In this document: positions 20,137 to 28,858 of the stretch, piece after piece
Numbering within the stretch: position 1 is the first letter of the stretch
Layout: each line of letters begins with the position of its first letter
Origin: Paraglaciecola sp.
GTDB taxonomy: Bacteria > Pseudomonadota > Gammaproteobacteria > Enterobacterales > Alteromonadaceae
DNA: 43,685 nt
Assembly: GCA_034111205.1 (NCBI GenBank)
Contig: JAWUXT010000147.1
Coordinates: forward strand, 1-43,685
Reading direction: 5' to 3'
Translations under genes and position numbers: made by a program
Notes under the pieces: model-generated
What the model saw: the letters and a program-made list of their open reading frames with translations, nothing else
What the model was told of the DNA's origin: nothing
The model's database searches: none

Positions 20137-20742
20137 ATGGCGAGCAAAGGCGTAAACAAAGTAATCTTAGTGGGTAATTTGGGTAAAGATCCTGAAGTAA
20201 GATATACCCCAAATGGCAAAGCCGTTGCCAATTTAACTTTAGCCACATCAGAAAGCTGGAAAGATCAAAGTGGTCAAATGCAGGAAAAAACTGAATGGCA
20301 CCGCGTATCCATGTTTGGTAAGTTAGCTGAAATTGCTGGCGAATATTTGCGCAAAGGCAGCCAAGTGTATATTGAAGGTAAACTTCAAACCCGCAAATGG
20401 CAGAACAAAGAAGGCCAAGATCAATACACTACTGAAATAGTTTTAGACCCATTCAATGGCGTTATGCAAATGTTAGGCGGTAAGGGTGGCGGTCAGTCTG
20501 AAGGTGGTTTCCAAGGTCAGCAACGTCCTGCTGCGGCTCCACAACAATCAAATCAAGGTTATCAACAGACACCCCAGCAAAATTATCAACAACCACCTCA
20601 GCAAGGGCAGCAATATCAAAAGCCTCCAGCTCAAGGTGCTCCACAACAATCAAATCAGGGCTTCAACCAAGCACCAGCTCAAGGACAACCTGCTCCTATG
20701 GCTGAACCAGACTTTGATTTTGATGATGATATTCCCTTCTAG
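20137..20742 (+). CDS. ssb: Single-stranded DNA-binding protein
   Basis: [22 protein letters not shown], a Q/P/G-rich linker and C-terminal DFDDDIPF; SD AGGAGG. Confidence 0.99.
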   Translation: MASKGVNKVILVGNLGKDPEVRYTPNGKAVANLTLATSESWKDQSGQMQEKTEWHRVSMFGKLAEIAGEYLRKGSQVYIEGKLQTRKWQNKEGQDQYTTEIVLDPFNGVMQMLGGKGGGQSEGGFQGQQRPAAAPQQSNQGYQQTPQQNYQQPPQQGQQYQKPPAQGAPQQSNQGFNQAPAQGQPAPMAEPDFDFDDDIPF

Positions 20743-20777
20743 TTTTCAACCTTTACATTGTAAATGTAAAACCCATT

Positions 20778-20804
20778 AAAGCCCTGTTTATTCAGGGCTT
20801 TTTT
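20778..20804 (+). terminator. Rho-independent terminator of ssb
   Basis: AAAGCCCTG-TTTATT-CAGGGCTTTTTT. Confidence 0.88.
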
Positions 20805-20961
20805 AATTCAATTAAGTTGTTTAGAATAACTTACATTAAGTATCTATGCCGACCAGACTGCAAATATTATAAACATGTATCTTATTCTGAGAAATCGGCG
20901 ATAATCCAAAACTAAGCGGTTTCGATAGAGTGCTTGTTTAGACTGACATTTTATCTAGATT

Positions 20962-22770
20962 ATGGACGAAAAAAAAATGAAAGAAAAAATTCTTGTAGTT
21001 GATGACGAACCTGCAATTTTGAGAATTGTTAGATTCGTTTTAGAAAACAAAGGTTATGACGTGAATACCGTCACTAGCGGTGAAGAAGCCTTCCAACTCG
21101 CTTTCAGTTTTCAACCTGACTTAATAGTTCTAGATGTCAACATGCCCAATGGATGGAATGGCTTTGCAACATGTCAAAAATTTAAAGCTGACATTCATTT
21201 ATCTACCATCCCGATAATATTTTTAACCGGCAAAGTTGGGCAATTTGAAGAAGGCTTTGAATTAGGCGGCGCCGATTACGTATTAAAACCCTTCAACCAA
21301 AAAGAATTCATTGTACGCGTTCAATTTCACTTAAAAATGCGACGTTTGGTGCATGAGGTGCAACAAGCAAACGAGAATCTGGAAAGCAAAGTACAAGCCC
21401 GAACCCAAGACTTAACTGATTCAAACAAAAAACTCAATCACGTTATCAACCAAAGAAAGTTACTAGAAAGTCGTCTCAAACATGAGGTTGGAACTGACTT
21501 TTTGACACAACTACCCAGTGGGGTCTCCTTTGAAAACGACTTGCAAGAACTATTAGACAAACGTAACCCTAAGCTACAAAACGGTGCGTTAATATTCTTG
21601 GATTTATTTAAGTTTGAAGTAATCAATCAAAGATTTGGCTGGGATGCAGGTGACTACATTCTTATTCAAATCAGTAAATTATTACAATCACAGCTTGGCC
21701 AAGCAACAATGATAGGTAGACTTGGCGGAGACCAGTTTGCGGTGTATTTGAAACAAGCCACCACAGCCTCTGCCAAATCAATTGCAAGAGGCCTAGTTGA
21801 TTGCATAAGCGGTTTTCCGGTTAAGTGGAAAGAACAGACTGTTCAAGTTGGTGTCTGTGTAGGTTTTTGCATGGTTGACAACAATGACTCAAGTGCAAGA
21901 AAAATAACGTCAAAGGCGATACATGCATCGATTATTTCCAAAGGGGAAGGAATGGGTTCTATTGTCAATTACCAAGACCACGCTGTTAAACAGGAAACTC
22001 TAGAGGCGAATCAAGATTTAGCTAGCCGCATAGAATCAGCGTTAGATTTGGATAAATTCTCACTTTTTTATCAAAAGGTTCAACCTTTACAACAAGCAAC
22101 CCGAAAGCTACCGTCTATTGAAATGTTATTAAGATTAAAAGGCGAATTCTCAGATAGATGGATATTACCAAGCGAGTTTTTTGAGTTTACTGAGCATAAT
22201 AAAATAAAGAGTAAAATTGATCTATGGGTGGTGAAAGAAGCTCTAAATTGGTTGCAGCACAATCAAGCACTACAAAATAAATTTAGCCATGTTTCAATCA
22301 ATCTAACCGCAGAAACCATAGCCAACCCGATGTTTTTGATCACACTTGAAAATTTGTTGGATGGCACAGCGATAAATCCAAATCTGTTATGTTTTGAAAT
22401 TTCTGAACCTGATGCGTTGATTTCAATTGACCGAACACGCGCTTTTTTAACTCGTTTGAAAGCTTTAGGATGCAAAACTTGTATTGATAATTTTGGTGTG
22501 CAAACGACTATTATTCAGTACTTAAAAGAACTGAACGTCGATTACTTAAAAATAGATGGTTCTTTTATTCGCTATTATGCCAACAATCCAGCCAATGTAA
22601 TACTCTGCGAAATGCTTATGAAAGTGGCAGAGCTTTCTGGCAAGACTATGATTGCTAAACATATAGAGCAAGAGTCGGTTGCTAAAAGTTTGACTGAACT
22701 GGGTATCGAGTTCGCCCAAGGCAGCTTTATTCATGAACCTGAGCCACTAAGCAATTTAGATAACCCCTAG
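20962..22770 (+). CDS. Response regulator REC-coiled coil-GGDEF-EAL with degenerate catalytic motifs
   Basis: REC motifs VVDDE, LDVNMP, FLTG and LKPF; GGDEF variant RLGGDQF; EAL variant IEMLLR, IDNFG, LKIDGSF, AKHIE and AQG. Confidence 0.92.
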   Translation: MDEKKMKEKILVVDDEPAILRIVRFVLENKGYDVNTVTSGEEAFQLAFSFQPDLIVLDVNMPNGWNGFATCQKFKADIHLSTIPIIFLTGKVGQFEEGFELGGADYVLKPFNQKEFIVRVQFHLKMRRLVHEVQQANENLESKVQARTQDLTDSNKKLNHVINQRKLLESRLKHEVGTDFLTQLPSGVSFENDLQELLDKRNPKLQNGALIFLDLFKFEVINQRFGWDAGDYILIQISKLLQSQLGQATMIGRLGGDQFAVYLKQATTASAKSIARGLVDCISGFPVKWKEQTVQVGVCVGFCMVDNNDSSARKITSKAIHASIISKGEGMGSIVNYQDHAVKQETLEANQDLASRIESALDLDKFSLFYQKVQPLQQATRKLPSIEMLLRLKGEFSDRWILPSEFFEFTEHNKIKSKIDLWVVKEALNWLQHNQALQNKFSHVSINLTAETIANPMFLITLENLLDGTAINPNLLCFEISEPDALISIDRTRAFLTRLKALGCKTCIDNFGVQTTIIQYLKELNVDYLKIDGSFIRYYANNPANVILCEMLMKVAELSGKTMIAKHIEQESVAKSLTELGIEFAQGSFIHEPEPLSNLDNP

Positions 22771-22793
22771 TTGGGATTATCTAATAAATTTCT
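22755..22793. terminator. Imperfect hairpin between convergent genes
   Basis: TTAGATAACCCC-TAGTT-GGGATTATCTAA. Confidence 0.45.
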
Positions 22794-22802
22794 TATTGAT
22801 AC

Positions 22803-24824
22803 CTAATATTGGTATCGAACCGTGGCATAAACGGCCCTAGATTCGCCTACAAAATAACGGTAACTGCCAAAACCAAAGTCGGCTCTTTCGGCATAATCTT
22901 CATCCGTGAGGTTGCTAACTCTGACACTGAAATTTAATGTTTCATTGAATGCCCAACCAGTTCGCAAATTAAGTAAGTTATGGCCACTATATTCAGCACT
23001 ATTCTCTGGATTAAGATAATAATTACCTTGGTGCACCCATTCCAACTCTATAAAACTGCCTGAATCAGCGCGCCAACCGAGTTGTGCACTGCTCATATGT
23101 TCTGGCGCCGTATCTATTTCATTATCTTTAATGTCAATCTGACTTAGTGTCAGATTTGAATCGTACTGGTGTTTAGCAAAAGTACCGTTAGCAGACGCAT
23201 AAAAATATTGCCAATGATAGCTTAGCGCCAGCTCTATTCCTCGATGAGAGGTTTCACCGTTACTGATATTTTGCCTATCAGTATCTTGAAAAATAAAATT
23301 ATCTTTTTGCATAGAAAATAAGGTGACATCATAAAATATCGATTCAGTCTTGCCTCTTAAACCCAATTCAACCGAATTCAGATTTTCAGCGTCAAGTTCT
23401 GCCACTGTTTGGCCAGCTTGTAGCCTAAATAACTCTGTGGTTTGAGGTGCTCGGTATCCTGTAGAATATTGAGCGTAGAGTCGATTGTTATTAGTTAATG
23501 CGTAATTTGCATTAACTTGATATGACAATTCATCATAATCAACTATTTGGTCTTCAGGACGAGTAAATCGACAATTTTCGATACCTTGCGCGCATGCACT
23601 TCCGGCACTCAATCGGTTATCGTAATCATATTTAGTGTGTTCATAGCGAACCCCAGCACTGAGCATTAGCTGTTGTGTTGCTGTCCACTGGAGTTGAGCA
23701 AAAGGAGAGTAGACACTTGCATTCACCTCGTAATCATAATGAATACCAGCGGGTAAAGTAGGTGAAAACTCATCTGCTTGGGTCTCAGTCAATTGCCCTC
23801 GAGTATAATCAGCGTCAAAGCCACTCAACCAAATCAAGTCGCCGTAATCCTTTTGGAACTGTGCTTGCACACCAACACTCGAATGACTGTTATCTTCGAT
23901 GGGTTGCCAAGGAAGATAATGCTGTAAAAACTGCATATCTGTCGACCTTATATAGGGCGTAATGGTAAAGCTTGTGGTGTCGTTTTCAACATAACTGATT
24001 TGACTATAAGCGCGCATCGACTGACTATCGCGAAACGCTTCAGGGTTAGGATTTTGTCTTTTAAGCGACGCATCTTTATAAACCTCGAATCCGCTAATAA
24101 AGCCAGCTGTTTCTTGGTTCAGATTAGTGACCGCTAGTACATTTCTAATCTGCCATTTACCGCCTTTATATTGATGTATCAGATTCACTTTTTGCTGGTC
24201 GTAGCCACTGTCCTGCAAATATCCTGCATCTTTTGTGACGTTGCCATATAACAAAAAACCATGTTGTTCACTCGTTGTCGACAAACTAAACATGCCACGA
24301 GCGTAATCATGAGGACCCAGACTCAAAGACACACTTGATTGCTCGGTATCAAAAGGATTAGGAGTCAGCACATTAATTACTCCATGCACTGCATTAGAGC
24401 CATACATAGTGCTTGCAGGGCCACGCAATACTTCAAGCGAGGATGCTTGTTCAGTATTGGCATCGAACAATTGATTTACGTTGCAAAATCCTGGGGCACG
24501 TAACGAAATACCATCCTGAGCAATAAAGATTGCACCACAGCCACCGGAACCAGTTAGCACCGGTGAACGAATAGCAGTTAGGTGTTCTTGACCATTGCCT
24601 CGACTGATCCAAGCGCCCGGTATCCGCACCATAGCTTGATTGATATGTTGCTGTTCTATCAATCTTAAACTTTCATCGTCTAACCAACTGATATTTCCAG
24701 CAACATCCAACACATTTTGACTAGCTCGTGAGGCTGTCACAGTAATCTTCTCTGTGGGTTGTTCTTGGCTAAAAACCGATGTACTCAATAGTATTAAAAT
24801 GAGGTAACTAATATTTAGTTTCAA
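22803..24824 (-). CDS. TonB-dependent receptor
   Basis: Signal peptide, TonB-box-like EKITVTASR, plug motif LEVLRGPASTMYGSNAVHGVINV, and C-terminal NLTDEDY...ATVRYQY. TTG start after GGAG. Confidence 0.95.
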   Translation of the reverse strand: MKLNISYLILILLSTSVFSQEQPTEKITVTASRASQNVLDVAGNISWLDDESLRLIEQQHINQAMVRIPGAWISRGNGQEHLTAIRSPVLTGSGGCGAIFIAQDGISLRAPGFCNVNQLFDANTEQASSLEVLRGPASTMYGSNAVHGVINVLTPNPFDTEQSSVSLSLGPHDYARGMFSLSTTSEQHGFLLYGNVTKDAGYLQDSGYDQQKVNLIHQYKGGKWQIRNVLAVTNLNQETAGFISGFEVYKDASLKRQNPNPEAFRDSQSMRAYSQISYVENDTTSFTITPYIRSTDMQFLQHYLPWQPIEDNSHSSVGVQAQFQKDYGDLIWLSGFDADYTRGQLTETQADEFSPTLPAGIHYDYEVNASVYSPFAQLQWTATQQLMLSAGVRYEHTKYDYDNRLSAGSACAQGIENCRFTRPEDQIVDYDELSYQVNANYALTNNNRLYAQYSTGYRAPQTTELFRLQAGQTVAELDAENLNSVELGLRGKTESIFYDVTLFSMQKDNFIFQDTDRQNISNGETSHRGIELALSYHWQYFYASANGTFAKHQYDSNLTLSQIDIKDNEIDTAPEHMSSAQLGWRADSGSFIELEWVHQGNYYLNPENSAEYSGHNLLNLRTGWAFNETLNFSVRVSNLTDEDYAERADFGFGSYRYFVGESRAVYATVRYQY

Positions 24825-24974
24825 AAAATCTCCGAAGGTAAAAGTTTAAGATGAAATAATGGATTCATTTTAAGTCATAATAATTGGCATTCCTACGCAC
24901 AAGATGTAAAAAAGTTTTCATCAGATAGGCCATAATATTTATTAAAGTCAATGCTGACTTGACTGAGTCAGTGC

Positions 24975-25745
24975 TCACATTAACTGATTATCAACTGTGT
25001 TTTGTTGCATGTTTTCTCTTAATTGAGATGGCAAAGTACCAAACATCAAACGAAACTGGCGGCTAAAATAGCTATGTTCAGAAAAACCACACCTATAAGC
25101 CACGTCAGCTATGGGTAATCGTGTTTCAATTAACATCCTCCGGGCATTTTCTAATCGAATTTCGTTGATAAATTGTTTAGGGGTTTTAGACAAATACTTT
25201 TTAAAACGTCTTTCTAGGGCGCTGACTGATATAAAGGCAAGTTTAGCTAAATCTTCAATTTTTAAGTCTCGATGAAAATTTTCTCGCACATATTCTACTG
25301 GTGCCTTTATCGCATCAATGCTTGATAAAACCTGTGATGCCTTAGATAACAAGCGGGTAAAACCATAAGAACCGATGATAGTATTTTGACTATCAAATAG
25401 AGGCCGCTTCGAAGTTGAGAACCAAGCAAATTCGCCAAACTTAAGAATATTCAATTCTAAACGGTCAGTGATCACATTGCCGCTCATCACACTTTTATCA
25501 TCGGTGATAAATTGTTTGGCAATATGCGGTGGGAAAAATGCTAAATCTGACTTACCTAAAACTTGACTAAGTGAATGCATACCAATGTGCTCAACGAACA
25601 TTTTATTGGCATAGACCACCCGACTATCGGTGTCTTTAATCCAAAAAATCACATCCGTTAGCAAATCAAACATGCTAAGAATTTGCTGAATACCAATCAC
25701 ATCTTGTAAAAAGGGGTATTGCTGAAGACTTTTATGTTCGGACAT
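24975..25745 (-). CDS. AraC-family regulator with N-terminal PAS-like domain
   Basis: FWIKDTDSRVVYAN...GKSD...DDKSV (PAS_4-like); HTH motifs SVSALERRFKK and VAYRCGFSEHSYFSRQF. Confidence 0.93.
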   Translation of the reverse strand: MSEHKSLQQYPFLQDVIGIQQILSMFDLLTDVIFWIKDTDSRVVYANKMFVEHIGMHSLSQVLGKSDLAFFPPHIAKQFITDDKSVMSGNVITDRLELNILKFGEFAWFSTSKRPLFDSQNTIIGSYGFTRLLSKASQVLSSIDAIKAPVEYVRENFHRDLKIEDLAKLAFISVSALERRFKKYLSKTPKQFINEIRLENARRMLIETRLPIADVAYRCGFSEHSYFSRQFRLMFGTLPSQLRENMQQNTVDNQLM

Positions 25746-25879
25746 ATAATAACGACTATTAAAAGGACCACGCCGAAATTATTGCATACAAGAGGGCATT
25801 TGTTCTACTCAAATCCACCAAATAAATGGCACTATAGATGTTAATTTAATGTTAGTAAATTTGTCATTAGCCGTAAGTC

Positions 25880-26054
25880 ATGACTGGGCAACACAGTGGT
25901 AGATATCAATGTAGTCTTAGGCACAGGAGATTTGGGTATAGCGACTGTTATGGCAGAAGCCAAAAAACAAGGTATCCGTTATTTCTTTATCGAAGATGAA
26001 TCATCTAGGGTGATATCTCAAGTTCCTGACAGTATTAAATATAAAATATTTTAG
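25880..26054 (+). pseudogene. C-terminal remnant of a sugar phosphate isomerase/epimerase (xylose-isomerase-like TIM barrel)
   Basis: Translates as ...VDINVVLGTGDLGIATVMAEAKKQGIRYFFIEDESSRVISQVPDSIKY; no N-terminal part is present. Confidence 0.7.
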
Positions 26055-26293
26055 ATACAACAACGCATTAAATTGCTGTATGTTGAAAGTTATCAAGCTC
26101 AGTCACTGCGGATTAAATACACGGCTTAAATTAGTCTTTAGGTATATTATTTAGCTTACGATGCTTCCTTTTTTACTTTTTAAATCATTGAGTTTAGTAA
26201 ATAAACGGTACCCATGCATGGGTCATATAAAACTAGCTCTTTTAGTGATTTTTTGCTGTAATAGGGTCAGTTTAAAGTGATAAAGCCTATGAC

Positions 26294-27223
26294 ATGCAAA
26301 TTGGTTGGCGCGAATTTATTAAAGGTCGATTTAAAAAGGCCTCAAAATTTCATTCCGTAGGGATCGAAATTGGAGTTGACGATTTTCACATTTCTACTTT
26401 AAAAAAAGTCAAGGGCAAACTTAACTGGGTAAAGCAACACTCTGCACCAATTGAAAATTGGCAAACTACTCTCAAAACTTACGTCGAAACGAATAATCTG
26501 AAAAATACCCAATGTAATATCGCCTTATCTATTTCAAAGTATCAATTTTTACAACTCGATAGGCCTGCTGTAGAAGACGCAGAGTTGAGCCAAGCCTTAC
26601 AATGGACGGTTAAAGAGCAATTATTCAGTGATAACGAACTTGTCATTGATTATTTTGATTCCCCTGTAGCTGTTGCATCTTCTATCAAAAAATTAAATGT
26701 GGTTGCTGTAAGCAAGCGAGACGTGATAGAAATTCGCGATGGTGTATTAAAAGCAGGTTTAGCACTCAACATCATAGGTGTTGAAGAACTGGCAATCTGT
26801 AATCTTTTGACACCCAGTGATGACGCTGTTATCACTTTAAAACAAGAGTTGGGTGGACAGCTTAGTTTGAACATTGTTAAACGTAACCAATTGTTCTTTT
26901 CTCGACGTTTACGGGGTTATGAAAACCTGGCTAACTTTTCACAAGAAGAATTAAAAATGGGTGTAGTTGATAACTTAAGTCTAGAAATTCAACGCTCCAT
27001 GGATTATTTTGAGAGCCAGTTACGACAAGCACCTGTAAAAAAAGTCTATATTTCTTTAGATACCATTCATCAAGATCCACTCGCCAACATGATAAAACAA
27101 GTAATCTTTGTTTCTGTAGAAAAATTCATACCGGATGTGATAACAGAAGATAGTATGCCAATTACCCCATCAAGCTTTGCTAGCTTAGGTGCAGCAATTG
27201 ATAGCACAAGTTTGACTGCCTGA
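26294..27223 (+). CDS. mshI: MSHA biogenesis protein MshI (PilM-like)
   Basis: YQFLQLDRPAV, ALQW, VIDYFD and LSLEIQRSMDYFESQLRQAP; first gene of the cluster. Confidence 0.88.
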   Translation: MQIGWREFIKGRFKKASKFHSVGIEIGVDDFHISTLKKVKGKLNWVKQHSAPIENWQTTLKTYVETNNLKNTQCNIALSISKYQFLQLDRPAVEDAELSQALQWTVKEQLFSDNELVIDYFDSPVAVASSIKKLNVVAVSKRDVIEIRDGVLKAGLALNIIGVEELAICNLLTPSDDAVITLKQELGGQLSLNIVKRNQLFFSRRLRGYENLANFSQEELKMGVVDNLSLEIQRSMDYFESQLRQAPVKKVYISLDTIHQDPLANMIKQVIFVSVEKFIPDVITEDSMPITPSSFASLGAAIDSTSLTA

Positions 27224-27837
27224 TGAAAAATACCGTTAATTTTTATCGTCCAGAGTTTCATCCAACGTTACGTCTGCTAACTTTACCTAGTGTTATTGTG
27301 AGCTGGCTATTTGCGGCACTTATTTGCAGCTTATTGTACTTTTATGTGGCATTTAAACAACAACAGCTCGAATCTGAAATTTCCAATCTAGAACAAAATA
27401 AACAACAGCAAATAATATTAGTCAAAGAGCTACAAGACGTTATAGACGACCAGAAAGTTGATCCAACACTGCTTAAGCAAGTTGATAAAAATCAAAAACT
27501 TATGAGACTTAAAAAACGTTTATTAAGTAAACTATCTGGTCACGAGGAGCTGAAATCAAACAGCTTTTCGAAACTGATGATAGATCTTGCCAATCACCAC
27601 CAAAGTGGGCTGTGGTTAACCCATATAAACTTAAATGGTAGAAGTGTTGTAATGGAAGGCGCTGCGACAGATTCTGCCGTAGTACCCAAATGGCTTAGCT
27701 CATTAGGTCAAACTGATTATTTTAGAGGACAAGAATTTTCCGACACTAGGCTCTATCGCGACTCTGAGCAACAACTCAATTTTATTATTTCAACAGGCAA
27801 AGAGTCTACAAATAAAAAGGGCTTGGATAATGAGTAA
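27223..27837 (+). CDS. MSHA PilN-domain protein (often called MshI1)
   Basis: N-terminal TM segment, coiled coil, LWLTHI, G...AVVPKWL and FRGQEF. Confidence 0.85.
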   Translation: MKNTVNFYRPEFHPTLRLLTLPSVIVSWLFAALICSLLYFYVAFKQQQLESEISNLEQNKQQQIILVKELQDVIDDQKVDPTLLKQVDKNQKLMRLKKRLLSKLSGHEELKSNSFSKLMIDLANHHQSGLWLTHINLNGRSVVMEGAATDSAVVPKWLSSLGQTDYFRGQEFSDTRLYRDSEQQLNFIISTGKESTNKKGLDNE

Positions 27838-28510
27838 TTCTTTGGAGCAGGAATACAAAAAACTATCGATTAAATTCCTCGATTTAAGTTTACGTGAACA
27901 AGTTTTAATTTTGTTTTGTGGCTTGGCTGTTGTGATATTAATGATGTACACCTTTTTATTAGAGCCCATGTTTAACCATTCGGAAAAATTACGACAAAAC
28001 AGCATGGGTGACGCAACAGAGATCACAGTTTTAGTAGGCCAAGTGGCTGAATTGACTGAAAAAATTCAGGATGATGCAAACGGCCCAGTACGTGAAAGAA
28101 TTAATTTACTGAAACGCCAGATTCAAAATATTAGCAATCAGGTAAAGGCACAAACGGACAATTTAGTCCCCGCTAATAAAATGACGGATATGTTAGAAAG
28201 TGTATTAGCTGGTAGCAAAGGATTAAAGTTAATCGAATTACAATCTATTGCACCTTTGCCCATATTATTAAATCAACCCGAAGAGGGTAAAGATGGCGAA
28301 GAGCCAATAGCTGGTTTGTATCGCCACGGTGTCACACTCGTTTTTGAAGGAAACTACTTCGATATTCAACGATACTTAGAAAAACTGGAATCATTACCAT
28401 GGCAATTTTACTGGAAAAAATTTGACTACCTAGTCGGCGATTACCCAACGGCAAGTGTTGAGTTAGAAATATACACACTCAGTACCAACAAAGCTTTTAT
28501 AGGGGTTTAG
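27830..28510 (+). CDS. mshJ: MSHA biogenesis protein MshJ (PilO/GspM-like)
   Basis: LSLREQ plus TM segment, LYRHG, GNYFDI, LPWQFYW and IYTLS. Confidence 0.9.
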   Translation: MSNSLEQEYKKLSIKFLDLSLREQVLILFCGLAVVILMMYTFLLEPMFNHSEKLRQNSMGDATEITVLVGQVAELTEKIQDDANGPVRERINLLKRQIQNISNQVKAQTDNLVPANKMTDMLESVLAGSKGLKLIELQSIAPLPILLNQPEEGKDGEEPIAGLYRHGVTLVFEGNYFDIQRYLEKLESLPWQFYWKKFDYLVGDYPTASVELEIYTLSTNKAFIGV

Positions 28511-28516
28511 GGGCAG

Positions 28517-28858
28517 ATGAAACAGTTATTAATACTATTATTCTTCGGCTTGGCTAACGTACAAGCAGAAACATTGACAGATCCGACAAAACCCAACCCA
28601 GATAAGTTGATATTTAATACTAACCAAGACTCAACAACTGCTATGACAACGGCGCTAAAATTAACCGCAATCATCCATAACAATCAAAATAAGCAAGCTA
28701 TCATAAATGGGATAAGTTTTGCAGAAGGGCAACAAGTACAAGGATATAAAGTGATTTTAATCAGTATGAATCACGTGGTATTGGACGGTTCAGATGGTGA
28801 GAAGACACTATTTGTCAATAACAACAACATTAAAAAAGATGCAAATAATGGTTTTTAA
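28517..28858 (+). CDS. mshK: MSHA biogenesis protein MshK
   Basis: Signal peptide, LTDPTKP, LTAII and AIING; position between mshJ and mshL. Confidence 0.85.
   Translation: MKQLLILLFFGLANVQAETLTDPTKPNPDKLIFNTNQDSTTAMTTALKLTAIIHNNQNKQAIINGISFAEGQQVQGYKVILISMNHVVLDGSDGEKTLFVNNNNIKKDANNGF

Noticed and set aside
20536-20657. 20-nt direct repeat GCTCCACAACAATCAAATCA in ssb
   Set aside because: It encodes APQQSNQ twice in the disordered SSB linker, which is ordinary for SSB.
24848-24870. Fur box upstream of the TonB-dependent receptor
   Set aside because: AATG/CATT arms are present but their spacing does not fit the 19-bp Fur consensus.
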